Below the pieces are notes generated by a model. It had not been told where the DNA came from and ran no database searches. It worked only from the letters and a program-made list of their open reading frames with translations. Shown in pieces: positions 25,490-38,438 of a stretch of DNA of 64,000 bases. Position numbers and translations under genes: made by a program. Position 1 is the first letter of the stretch. Every line of letters begins with the position of its first letter. Location of the stretch: contig CM097886.1 of NCBI GenBank assembly GCA_044892525.1, forward strand, positions 85,126,001-85,190,000, written 5' to 3'. The stretch is from Schmidtea polychroa (Eukaryota).

Positions 25490-27775
25490 CTAAATTGTTA
25501 AGAAATTTTCATTTTTAAATTAAGAAATTCACTGGGGTATTATTCATATTTTCGGAAAACGGAATTTAAGATCTTCCGACCAAGTTATCCAAGAGTGGCC
25601 TACCAATCTACCCCGTCGGCAAATTCTCACCTCCATGCACTCTCAAACATCCAAACTAACCCATGTAATCATTACTACTTTATGAGAAGAAAACGGGCTT
25701 CATGAAAATAATTCATTATGCTAGCTTTTAGGTTTACTTTATGGGTTTGACTATTTTTAACTACTGCATGACTGTTAATTCGTTACTATGAACGCTATTA
25801 TCTTAATTATCGTTGTTATATTTTAACAATTATATTTTACTCATTTTGCTGCTACGTCATTAAATTCTACGCGTGCTGTATGATGAACGGAAAATCGGCA
25901 ATCACCGGGACACCCCGTCTTGTATGTAGACCCCTCGGGTTTGTAAGAAAATCATAATACTCTCGCCTAAATTTTTATCATGGATTATAACTTAGTTATT
26001 TCAAATTTAACGCCATAAACATCGTCATAGCGACGCTTAAATCGGGCGCAGTTATGTGTTCATTTGATTATCTATCTCTACCATCAACTATCGACGGGTT
26101 CGTTACGATGCATGTTGGTGCATTTAACTAGCGACTTGCACACTGACGGAAAAGAAGATTCTCGTCGCACTGCCATTTTCTCTGACGCAATCTAGTGGTC
26201 TACTAGCAGATACAAGTTTACGACTCTCTCCCTATGGTTAGGTAATAATGATATCCACATGTGCACTGTGACCTAATCTGAGTGTGATGCGTGTGTACAT
26301 GTGGGCGAGCGATTAATAGAGGTAGAGTTGTAGATAGATGCTCCAGTCGAGACGGACACTCAGTTGGGGTGTTCAGAACTCAAGAAACTCGATTGTGTGA
26401 GTGACTTGCGGATTCAGTAGATAAAAATTAACTCTATATTCTAGATTTTCGATATTAGGTCGACTCACGATAAGACCACTCAATACACTCGATCGACTGC
26501 CGCCTTCCTCAATCGACTCATTAGATGACTTTATCAAATTATCAGCCGATTTTCCCCGTCGAAAATTTATCTGGCCCTGGGCAACTAATGATTCTCCTAT
26601 CGCTATTGATATCTTCACTCGGACTCACGGCAAGTAATTTATTCCCTTATCAAAAAGTTTGTTTACTTTCCCATTTTAGACGAGCCGCTGTCAACGTCAA
26701 ACCAAACTTTATCAGATATTCAATGTCAAGCTAAAGTCTAAATTAGTCAATGAATGGGTTTACTCGCTAATGTCCCTGCAATGTACCTCTCGGGATTCAA
26801 TTTTTAAGTGCTTAGCAGAACTTCCGGTGAAAACTCTAACAATTCATCGTCCATCCCTACTCAGACATCTATCGATATTCAACGGAAAAGCAAATTTTCC
26901 TGACAGTAACGAACTACTGATCTCAATCCGAAAAATTGTCTCCGACTTTGGAAAGTTACATTATTTGCTCTGAAACTCCGGCGTGAAAAAAAAAAACGAA
27001 AGATCCTCTATCAGATCGCGCTCGATGTGAGAAATTCCATTTTCAACAGTATTCCACCTGCGGAGTCTCCTCACCCCTCATGACCCACCCAAGAAGGCAA
27101 TCATCTCTGCCGCCGTTCTTGCATCGTCATGAGGGACCGTTCGACCCGTTTTCACAAAATCAACATTTAATATACAATTTATGAATAATAAAATGAATGA
27201 ATGAATCAAATAACAGCAAATGAATCAATAAAAATAAATGAATCAATAAAGCTCACCCGGCGACCCTATCATTTGGACTCCAAGTATGATGTTATTCATT
27301 CCACACAACCGCAGCCTCATCATACCCTTGGTAGATCTCTCATATGATAAATATCCTTCTCTGCAAATATCACATTCTCATTTTCAGCATCTTCGGGATT
27401 TCTTATGAAGGTCAACCTTCCCACTGTCGCGTTCTCTACCGTGGTACATTTCCAACTCGTCCACATCATACTGGGAGCTCTCAGATGGTACAGTCGCCGG
27501 CACCATGAAGAAAAGGCCATTTGTATTTCAATAAATTTATTTTTCGAAATGAGTTTTGTTTTTCATCATTAATAAATTAACCAATACATATAAATCAATC
27601 AGCCTACCGATAGTTTCAAAAACTGGAACGAAATCGAATTTAAACTAAAGGTAAGTTCTGAAAATCTCTGGAATTAGCGTTTGCGATTCTAGTCCTGAAT
27701 TCGGTGAAATATCTGAAGTCTATGCTCTGTAATCGTGAAAAATTAAAAGTGGTTCTAAGTTTTTTCTAAAATTTT

Positions 27776-27850
27776 ACCTGTAATCGTGAAAAATTAAAAG
27801 TGGTTGTCGTCTAATTTTTCACGTTACATATATAGTATTTTTCGTCCAAT
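27776..27850 (-). promoter_or_regulatory. Candidate LTR promoter (inverted CCAAT, TATA) followed by a short leader and 5' splice donor
   Basis: ATTGG at 27846-27850, TATATAT at 27828-27834, CAG|GTAAAA with GT at 27777-27776; same at 1368-1442 in the 3' LTR. Confidence 0.45.
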
Positions 27851-28505
27851 CAGGACGCTACCTGCTTGTATTTTTACTATTTATTATTATTTTTATGTTT
27901 TTTATTATAATATATTAGATTTTAATGACTTAACTTATTTCTTATTATTATTTTATTTATTTTCTTATTTTTATTATTTTCCTCCTATTTTTCCTGTAGG
28001 TTTATTGCTACTTTATTGTAATATAATTTTTTGTTTTAATTAGACTTAAAGATAGTTTTATTTTTTATTTATTTCTTAAATTTCTCTTTTATTTGTTGTC
28101 ACTTTTTTACTTATTTTATTCTATTTCATCTGCTGGGTCCTAAATCGCTTTATTTCTAAATCTCAAGGGGTTTATTGGGTTTTATTTAGTTTGTTTTACT
28201 TATTCTTATTCTCTTATTGATATTTTATTGTTCCTTTTTGATTTATTAGCGAGAATTTGATGGTACTTTATATTTTTATTTTATTTCGTTTATTTTTCAA
28301 GGATTACTTTTCTATTCGCTCCAGTTTTCGAAACTCCACGTTTTAGCCCAACAAAATCAAGAAATAATACTCAAAGACCGGAATGAAGAGTGTATTGTAT
28401 ACACGAAGAAGATGACGATAGATCAGAAGAATTGATAGAACCAGTCATGCATAATGTTGAGAGAAAAAAACCCCAAGAAGACCCGGTTGTTTACATTTTG
28501 TCAGT

Positions 28506-30290
28506 ATGGTTGAGACAGTAAATGAGTTTAAAAAACGAAATGTTGTAACGAAGGATGTGATGTTTAAGAAGGATGATGATAGGAAGTTGAGTGCGATGGA
28601 AATAAATGAATTTTATATTGAAATGCTATGGGATTCAGGAGCTTCAATCAGTGTGATGAGTGAAAAATGTTGGAGATTGATTGGCAGTCCAACATTGTTA
28701 GAAAGCATTTTGAGTGGAGTATTTCAAAAGAAGACGAGAAACCTCTTGGAAGCGTAAATATCGTTGCAAAATGGAACAACAAATGTTGAGAATGGAATTT
28801 TATTATTGTCAGAAAAATTCATTCAGATTTCATAGGAGGGGTAGACACCATGAGAATATTTGGCACGGAGCTTAAAGAAGTCAATAATATTGATGCCGCA
28901 TTGGTTACTAAGAGATTTACAGATTCTGATCAGTTAGAGTTTACGTTATCGACGCTCAAGTTGAACAGGAATTCAAAGTTGGGTACTTTAATATCTAAGT
29001 TTAGTAACATTTTTATGGCATCCAGTTTTGACTTAGGTCATACAAAAGTAATAACACATGAAATAACGACTTTAGGTCCTCCGATTTTACAAAATCCCAT
29101 TTTATTAGAAGTTGGAGTTGTGAGAAAATGTCAAACTCCGTGGAACACACCACTTGTGATAGTTGGAAAACCAGATGCTTCTATAAGAATGTGTCTAGAT
29201 TTTAGGCTATTAAATTCAGTCACAGAAAAGTTTTCATTTCCGATGCCAGACATGCAGTTGTTATTGGATTTTCTCGGTAAGTCAAAAATATTTTCATCAA
29301 TTTTCAGGCCTATTATCAGGTAGAGTTGCATGAAAAATCTCAAACCAAGACGGCATTTAGTACAAAAGAGAGATAGTTCTGTTTTAACAGGTTGCCATTT
29401 GGTTTTTCAACAGCCCCTGCCACTTTTCAGAAATTGATTCGTCAGATATTGGAAGGATTAATTTTTTAAAGGAGTGGTTGTATATCTTGATGGCATTTTA
29501 ATATATGAGGAAAATAAGGAAACTCATGATAAACTTCTATTTGAAGTATTAACACGAATAAGAGAAGTCGGTTTGAAAGTTAATCCTGAGAGATGCGCGT
29601 TCTATAAAAGCGTATTAAATTTCATTGGACATACAGTGAGTGAAAATGGAATTCAAAAAAATAAAAGAAAGATTTCAGAAATTAAAAATGCAACCGAACC
29701 AAAAAGTGTCACAGAATTGAGATCATTCGTAGGTTTAACGAATTATTATCGACGGTTTATTAAGAATTATTCAATGATAGCAGCACCTTTGTATGCAGCA
29801 ACGACAGGTAAAGATAAAATGATTGTTTGGACTGAAGAATGTAGAAAAGGTTTTATCAATTTAAAGAAACTTTTGTGTGAAGCACCAATATTAGATTTTC
29901 CAAGGGATGAGCGACTATTTATCCTTGATACGGATGTTAGTTTTGGAGCCATAGGTGCAGTTTTATTTAGATTAAGGAAGACGGTACTAAAGGAGTGATA
30001 GCATATGGTTCAAGACATTTGACAACACATGAAATGGAATATTGTGTTACTAGAAAAGCGTTTTTGGCACTCCACAAGTTTATTGTACATTTCAGACAAT
30101 ATTTATATGGAAGAAGATTTGTAGCCAGAACAGATCACAAGGCATTGGTGTTTATGAACGCGACAAAGAAACCAATAAGCCTACAGTTTCAAACATGGAT
30201 GGCAAATTTTTCTGAATACGATTTGAGTTACAATATAGGAAGGGAGAAGAACATGGAAATGCAGATGTTATGTTTTTGGGCATTTCCAGA
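28506..30290 (+). pseudogene. Decayed Ty3/Gypsy pol (PR, RT, RNase H fragments)
   Basis: MLWDSGASISV; RMCLDFRLLN; VYLDGILIY; LDTDVSFGAIGAVL; RTDHKAL; broken by stops and frameshifts. Confidence 0.9.
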
Positions 30291-31793
30291 ACATTCCATA
30301 TCTGATATATTTTAGTTTAAAAATAAAAATTCAAAAAAAGAATTCATAAAAAACGATTCTAAAAAAAATTAAATTATTTATTTTTGTTAACTTTTATTGT
30401 TTTGAATGGCATCCATGATGGATTTCGACATTTTTATGGATTGTTCTAGGTTTTTTGTCTAGAATTCTCTCTTATTTTAGATTTTCTACAGTTTCGACTT
30501 CATTCGAGTTCGTTTTTGTACTTTTGTGTTTTTCTGTTATATTTGAGTCAATTTTTATGTGGTACTTCTTGCATCGTGTCTTGTTATATTTTTTAGTTTA
30601 GATGTTTTATTTTCTGTTATTTTTACTTTAAATTATTATTGTTTAATTGTTGTTGCCTATTTTCTATTTAACTAAACTTAATGCTAGTTATGTGTGTTAT
30701 GTGCCACCACATTTCGTCACATTCGCAAGATTTTGGGTCTAGATTTCAGTTCTAGCCCAACACATGACAATAATCTAACAATAGAATAGATAATGAATAA
30801 TGACGTAAGACCTTCTATCGGCAGTCCAGAACCTGAAAATGTCATGAGTAGTTTTAGCTCATGGATTTTCAACCATTGTGTACAGCACCAACATGGTTAT
30901 CACCATGGGTACACAGATGGCATAAAGACAATAATCATGAATGCGTTTAGGAAGGAGTCGCTGAAACAACCATAAATACCTCTAACACATTTTAAATGAC
31001 ATACCCCTAAGCGATGCAACAAAATGATACCAACACAAATCTTCAAGCGAGATCAACAGCAAATGTCAATATAACTAAGTCACTATTGTAGATTCAGGGT
31101 TAAAACGATGCTACATAAACATAAATAGGAATAATGCGAGAAGAGGATTCCGTCATTTCATGCAACTTTTACTAGGGCCCCAGTGTTACAGCACAGGGAA
31201 CCCGTAAACAGTCACCCCGATAAAGATCTTGCGAAACAACACTATTTAATATTTGCCCAACCTATGAAATTAGGATGATTATTATACCCATGACAAATCA
31301 ATGAATCGATCCGACACGACTGCCAATGTATACGTGGTATATCACGAGTCGATCTAAAGGAATCACCAAAAGTTGAAGGCAATTCTTTGTAAACCTGCAA
31401 GCGATTGTAGACATTAATGGTCATTTTTTAGCAAATAAATATAAAAACGAGATAATTTGTTAAAACCAAATATAAATTTATTTTCTCACCATTGGTTCAA
31501 AGAGCAAGGAAATAAAAGAAAAATAAATAGACAGGGAAAATTATAAACAAAAATCTTTAAATGTCAAAATTTTCCCAGTTGACGCGTTAGGTTTGAATTT
31601 TCTAAAAAAATCATTCGTCGTATCGTTCAGAGTTCATCTTGTAATATAAAACCATACCACATGTAACAGTTTATATAGAACTTATATTCTTTATGACATA
31701 AATAAATCACTATTATGTTTTCTAAATTTTTTTATCTTCTAATTTTAACTAATTAAAATGAAAATATTATCAAAATTTTTATTTGCAACAATA

Positions 31794-34700
31794 TTAAACA
31801 ACATTTATTGTAAATTGGTATTCCTGGTCGCAACCAAGATAGGAATCTGACATGAAATACAAAGTGTATTCATAAGAGCCTGATTTTCGAGGAGCATCAA
31901 AACTTAAAGACACTTTTTCAGTTGGAGAGCTGAGCAATTTTATCGAAATTAAATGACCTTGATTTGGTTCCCCAACAACCAGCCACCAGCTTTCCTCTCG
32001 TTTCTAAAATTATGAAAAAAAAGAAGCAAATTATAACTTGGAGAAAAACAATAAAATCATACATATGGGAAATGATTTGCGTATACTGAAGAAATGTTAT
32101 CTTCATCTCTAGCCAAATGTATCACCACGGAAACCTGACCACCAGGATTCACACTTTTGCTTACTTCATATGTCAAATCGATATTCGGGTAGCATTGAAA
32201 GAATCGTGCAACATCTTGCAATTTGTCGTCAGGAAGATTCATTAGAGCTAATTTCTGTTCATCTTCCAGCTCCATTACATCAAATACGGTTTTCACGCCA
32301 GCTGCTTCACATCTTTCGAGTAATTTCGGCTCATTAAAATGGGGAATTTGTTTCAACAGCGAATCTCTGTGCCATTGAGCTTGAGTAATCATTTGTGCCA
32401 ATTCCATAGCTGCCAGGGCAGGACCCAACCAACGATTGCTCGATAAAACATCAACACAAGCTTGGATCAATCTAACCGATTTGATTAGAATCTGATTGAG
32501 ATCTTCCTTCAATTCAGCAGCTTTGATGGGAACTCGAGACAAATAGGCTTGCAGTAAAATATTTGCCTTGGTTCTCGGATCACTCAGTCGGCGATCTTCT
32601 GATATCGGTAATCTCAGTGATTGCTTTATCCTCGTTAAAATGACATCTTCTCCATGCCTCAGTGGTAAATCTTCGAATTCGTTGGCATTGCAGATCAGTT
32701 CCAACAACACACGGACTTTAGAATTCGGTTTCAATGATAGAGAAAACATTTCGATTGTTGTATAGTGGATATAGTAAAATGTTGCGATCATTCCCAGATT
32801 GATAGCGGACACATCGATATCGTCTTTAATTGCAATACATTTCGAATTTTCCAAATCCATTAATGTGTTCTCGACAAGTTCACTCAAATGGTCGCTTAAA
32901 TGACGATGAGTAACTCCTTTCAAATTGTAATAATTGGGATTTCTTGTCATTCGGTAATACAGGAATGTCCACGTTAAATAATCAACCGCATCTTGTTTGT
33001 TTTCGATGGTTTTCGTAACGATTTCCGCATTGAAATGGTCATGCAGTTGGTGGTCAAGATGAGACTCCAATGGCAACGGTTCATGAAGAAACTTTTGAAT
33101 GAAATCTTTCTTATTGGTCTGACACATGATCACTGATCTAGCATCGTCCATTGAGGCGTGGTTTGCTCGTCCGACCATTTGAATTAGATCCACTGCTGAG
33201 TAGTCATCGTACATGCAATCCTTCCCATTGTATACCTGTGTATCCATGACAATCACCAGATACGCATCGGATGGGATCGACCAGCAAAGGGTATGACTGA
33301 CCACTAATATCTGAATAGATTGACTAGAGAACAACTCCAACATCAGATTGCGTTCATTGATCGATAGAGCTTCGTGAATAAACCCAACACCGCAAGATAA
33401 AGTCTCAATCAGAATTTCATTGGATATATTTCTCATATATTCACTGACAATTGCTTCACTTGCTCGACCGAAATTTTTCTTATCCGATAACGCGTAACCC
33501 ATCAATAGGAAAGCGATTTCTTCGGTTTGCTTCATTGTCGGAACAAATACAATCACCGGACTATTCGGTGACAATTTCAATATCGTTTGATATACGGGTT
33601 TACTCATTGCAGCCAATCGGGTAGCGTTGTGGGTGATATTGAATGTTTGGATTTCAATTTCCAACGGACGGTGTCGAACACTGGGATTGAAATTGTACGT
33701 TGCTGTATGATGACAATCCAACCATTCACCGACATCTCTGGCATTGGTTAGTGAATAAGACAATCCGATAATTCTGATTGGACTCTCCAGTTGCGAACTC
33801 ATATATCTCGTTCTTGAGCAAATTACTTCCAAAGTGGTTCCGTTATGTTGACTACCAATCAAATGGAGATCATCAACGATAAATAACTGGATATTTTGGA
33901 TAGCCTTCTTCTTTTTCCATCGCCTAGACAACACATCCCAATTTTCAGCGGTCGATACGATAATATGTGCTTTGGAAATACTCTTATTATCCATGTTGGT
34001 GTTTCCGGTCAACTTGATAACGGTTTTCCCCAATGCGCCGAATGTTTCCGTCCATTCGTTGAATCTTAATTGCGCCAAATCATTCAAAGCAGTCACATAA
34101 ACACATCGAGCATCTTGGCGATTGGAGAATAATCTCATGATTGCAATCTCTGCACAAACGGTTTTACCGCTGCCCGTCGGGGCTCCAATGAACACATTCT
34201 CATCCGAATTGTATAACGACTCGAAACACTGGGTTTGTATTGCATTAAAAAACGACATTTTCTTTTGATAAATCGATTCGTACTCTTCATTTCTCAGTGC
34301 TTTGTAAGGAAGTTTTTGTAAATCGAGAAGCTCTGTTAATGGATGATTTTTCTCCGGCAGTAAAACTTTAAAAAACACGATTGGAATTTCGGTTTCTGAT
34401 CCGATCCATTTATCGGAAACCGCTCTAATGTAATACAACGGTGGCAACGGATCATATATCGAAACGTAGAATTTCAGAATGTGATCATCGTTTTTAAATT
34501 TCTCCTTCAGCAGGAAATATTCGTAATGGAGAATGTTCTCTTTCATGACGTCCTCGACAAAGATCCAGAATCCCTGAGAAGATCCGTGGCTCTTCGGACA
34601 CCACTCAAAGTCCGGAGTAATTGTCAATTCCACTTTCATAGTGCTCCTCGTTATTGGTTGTAAATGGATTTTCAGGTTCAATTTGGGAATCTGGTGGATA

Positions 34701-37700
34701 TATTTGTAAATGGTTTTCCCCATTTTATGGTTATTCACCAGTTCCCCTAATTCGTGATGTTTCTGCTCGATTAACCTTTCGAATGGAATGTTTTTCTTTT
34801 CCAGCTTTTTGATTATTTCCCACGGCACCTTTTTGAATTGTCTCAACGGGCACGAGCATGCCCACATTCTCTGTTCGACTTCTTTGCATGTTTCATGCAC
34901 TGTTGCCGTCAAGCTGGACCATTTTTTAGACAAAGTCACCTCGAACATCGCTCGCATCAAACGGGCCGCTGATTGGGATATATATGCGGTGTCACTGGAC
35001 AGGGTAAATCGCTCTAATTTCAACTGGGAAATGTACGCTTGCAACAGACAATTGATTTTTGTCGGTGGATCTTCTGCACCCTCTTTTATCGGAACCGGTA
35101 CATTTTCCAGCAGCTTTTTAATCTCAATTTTATCCTCTTCTCGAACCGTTATATTACGAAACTCGGCACATTTTGAGAACACTTTAAACACTTCGATGTC
35201 ACTCATTGATTTCTTGAGGAACTTTTTCAATATATCCATCGTTTCGTTTGTGCAATAATAATAAGCAGCGATTCGACCGATTTCGTTCGAGAGGAATTCT
35301 CCAGATCTTTTGTCAAAATTTATCATTTCTGCCTTTTCGAGAATACTGGCAGCGGTGTAAATCAAATTGCGGCAATGATTTTCCAGTGTTGGATCATCGA
35401 TTAGCACGTTTTCAACCCCATACAAAGACGGGTTTTTACGCATTCTAATGTACAAATATGTGTAGCGCAACCATTCAATGGATTCCTGGATGTTCCTAAC
35501 GGTTCCCATTACTATTTCTGCATTGAGGTTATCGGCTAATTTACTGATCAATTGACTCTCGATTGGTAGCTGTTCATTGAGCAAACTGAGATAATATGTT
35601 AACTCGTTCTCATTCGTTATCATGATACCGACACCTTTCGTGTCATATTGTGGTCTCCCGGCCCTGCCGAACATCTGCATGACATCAAGAGCACTCAGCT
35701 CAGTCCACTCTCCTTTATCCGGTCTATAGACCTGTGTCAATCAATATTATCCATATTCGGGTGGGAAATAATAGTTACCTGAGTTCCTTTGATTATTACA
35801 ACGTGTGCCGGTAAGTTCACCCCCCAAGCTAGAGTAGAGGTTGATACAAGCACTTGGATGTGCTTATCAGTGAATAATTCCTCAACAAAGTTCCTGTCAG
35901 TGTAAGCCAATCCAGCGTGGTGCACAGCAAATCCGTATGGCAGCAAGTCTTTCAGGTCGTGATTTTTCACCTATGTAATTATTAATTAAAACATTGAACT
36001 AGTAATGTGAATAAATAAATGTTACCTTATCCAAATCCTGCTGTAGAACTAGAGTTGAAGCTTTCTTGTCTCGGAGAAATAGCCCAAGAGTGTCGCGATT
36101 TAAACATTTTTCTTTGATCGCTTTTGCAGTATTCACGGTTTCCTTGCGGCTGTGTACAAATATGAGCACTTGATGCTTGCCAGCATATTCCATTACCTTT
36201 TCATATACCAAATCATTCATCAATTCTATCCGTTTCACGGCCTTGCGTTCATTAATGCCGAGATATTCCTGCTCCATTGGCACTGGGCGATAACTGGAAA
36301 GGAAAACATTTCATTAAATACAAATATTCAGTGGCAACAAATTGATACCTGCTATCAAATTTAAACAGTCCCCTGTGTTTGTCAACATGGATAAATTCCG
36401 CGATATCCTCGGTATTGGGAAGTGTAGCTGACAATCCAACAATTCTCATATCGATATTGCTATGCGAAGATTGCATTGCTCTCATTGTTCGAGCTACAAT
36501 TGCTTCTAGCACTGGACCTCTTTCGTCGTGCAATAAATGTATTTCGTCGATAATGAGAAGTTTTACCAATTGAGTGTACGTTTTTTCACTCGACTTCCGT
36601 GAAATAATATCCCATTTCTCGGGAGTGCAGACGATAATTTGAGTTTCACTAATTTCTTCTCTGCTTAAATGACTATCTCCACTCAACATTGAAACTTTAA
36701 GATTGTAACTTTTCAACCGTTCAGAAAATGAATTGGCCATTTCATTGACCAATGATTTCATTGGAGCAACATATACTATCTTGAAATCGTCCTTTCTAAT
36801 CGTACCATCTGTATTTATGTGTTTTCCTATTTCCCTCATCATTGTAAGCAGTGCTACATTAGTTTTACCGGCCCCAGTCGGAGCACAAAGTAAAATGTTT
36901 TCGTCACTTTCCAGTGCAGTCTTGTATACTTTTGATTGTATCCGATTGAGAGTTTTGAATTTTTCAAAAGCAGCTTTTACATAAGACGGTAAATCTGAGA
37001 TTTTCACCAAATTCTCATCGGCTTCTAAAGGTTTTGGCTTTGGTGCAGGAACACAAACGAGATTATATCCAGGTTTGGTTTTCCGAAATGACCCGTCTGG
37101 CAATTCACAATTTTTATTTGTCATCAAGTGACTACCTTGTGTGAACGTAATATTCTTTAAATCTAACATATCGACACTTCCATAATTAGGTATTACGTTG
37201 CTATCTTCCATTTCTATGTCGGCTTGGATTTTTGCAGATCTTACCTGCGTCTTCCGATTTCTTTCAGCCGTAACTATGTCTTCTTTTCGGTCAATATTTC
37301 TCAAATCAGTTAGAATTCTATTTGATTTTGGATCAGATTTCATTTCAGCTTCAATCTTGTTTCGTTCTTCTGGTGTTTGAGCACAACACAATTTGGTGCA
37401 GTAATAAATCATTAATCTATTTTCTCTTAACATTCGCACCAAATCAAATCGATCGACCCCAACAATTCGAAGTAATTTATTTTCTAATTCTTGATCATTC
37501 TTAGCAATTTTCAATACTTCCAAAATATCTTTCGTTCGCTTTTGACATTCATTGGGATCGGTAAAATGTTTACTAAGTGTTCTTTGTAGCCAAAAGGCAT
37601 CTATATCATTGACGTTCAATTTTTCACTATTTCCAATATTCTTTTGTTGAATAAGGTATCCACAGTACGGTAAAACTGTACTTGTACCAGGAATTTGAGA

Positions 37701-38438
37701 AATCGTACCTGCAGCAAATTGAGAAATGTTTAAAGTCGTGTTTGTGTCTGCTTCAACACCTCCATCGTCAGATTCTGAGTCTTGTACTTCTCCATATACA
37801 TCATCTTCTTCTTCTTCCTGATCATCATCAATTTCAATATGCAAATCATTCGTATCGTCATTATTTTCATTTGTAAATAACTTCGGAGCTTTATAATCAG
37901 TTAGCTTAATTGACAAGCTAACTAGACTATTGTATTGAGTGTCAGTCAAACTATTTCCTAGAAGTTCCTTAGCTGCTTTCTTTCTTTCTTTATCTGATAA
38001 ATTCGTATTTTTTAAATCAATGAGTAATTCATCAGTAGTTTCTTGAGTTATATTATGCATATCTGCTTCTGGAAGAACATTATTAACTATATTCAGCATT
38101 GTTTCATATACTGATTTAGTTTCGGCTGTTTTCGGAGCATAGTTGAACTTTTGCTGTATAACATCTGAAGTGAGAACACTTTCAGTTTTCTGATAATCTA
38201 AGGTTCTATTTGATTGGTCTCTTTTCGTGCGTTTATCCTGTTTCTCTTCCATACAATCAGGCTTACGCTTTAACACTCTAGAACCCATTTTTTTCGGATC
38301 TATATCTTTAATTGGTAAAACTTCACCAGTTGGCTCATCTTTAGATCTACGATCAATCAAAGTTCTATCTGCGGTCAAAACTAAATTTGAGTTCATTTTG
38401 TACTCAAATTGCATCGTTCGAGCTATGTTATCAGCCAT
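31794..38438 (-). CDS. SNRNP200: U5 snRNP 200-kDa helicase Brr2; exons 38438-36349, 36293-36026, 35970-35779, 35731-32063, 32003-31794 (2142 aa)
   Basis: [21 protein letters not shown] start, [12 protein letters not shown], second helicase cassette, two Sec63 domains; GT-AG introns of 55, 55, 47 and 59 bp join in frame. Confidence 0.96.

Larger units (their letters stand above)
1..28353 (-). mobile_element. Giant Ty3/Gypsy (Metaviridae-like) LTR retroelement with env and accessory genes; left end lies outside the window
   Basis: Direct repeat 1-1945 = 26408-28353; PBS at 24164-24181; minus-strand polyprotein with Gag CCHC, DTG protease, YIDD RT, RNase H and integrase in Gypsy order. Confidence 0.95.
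24189..28353 (-). repeat. 5' LTR, about 4165 bp
   Basis: Right boundary from loss of identity after CCCAACA; left boundary inferred from TGTTGG at 24189 (inverse of the CCAACA end) next to the PBS; only 26408-28353 can be verified against the other copy. Confidence 0.82.

Noticed and set aside
27649-27656. Perfect plus-strand donor AG|GTAAGT in the LTR suggesting an antisense transcript
   Set aside because: No antisense ORF or partner acceptor could be supported
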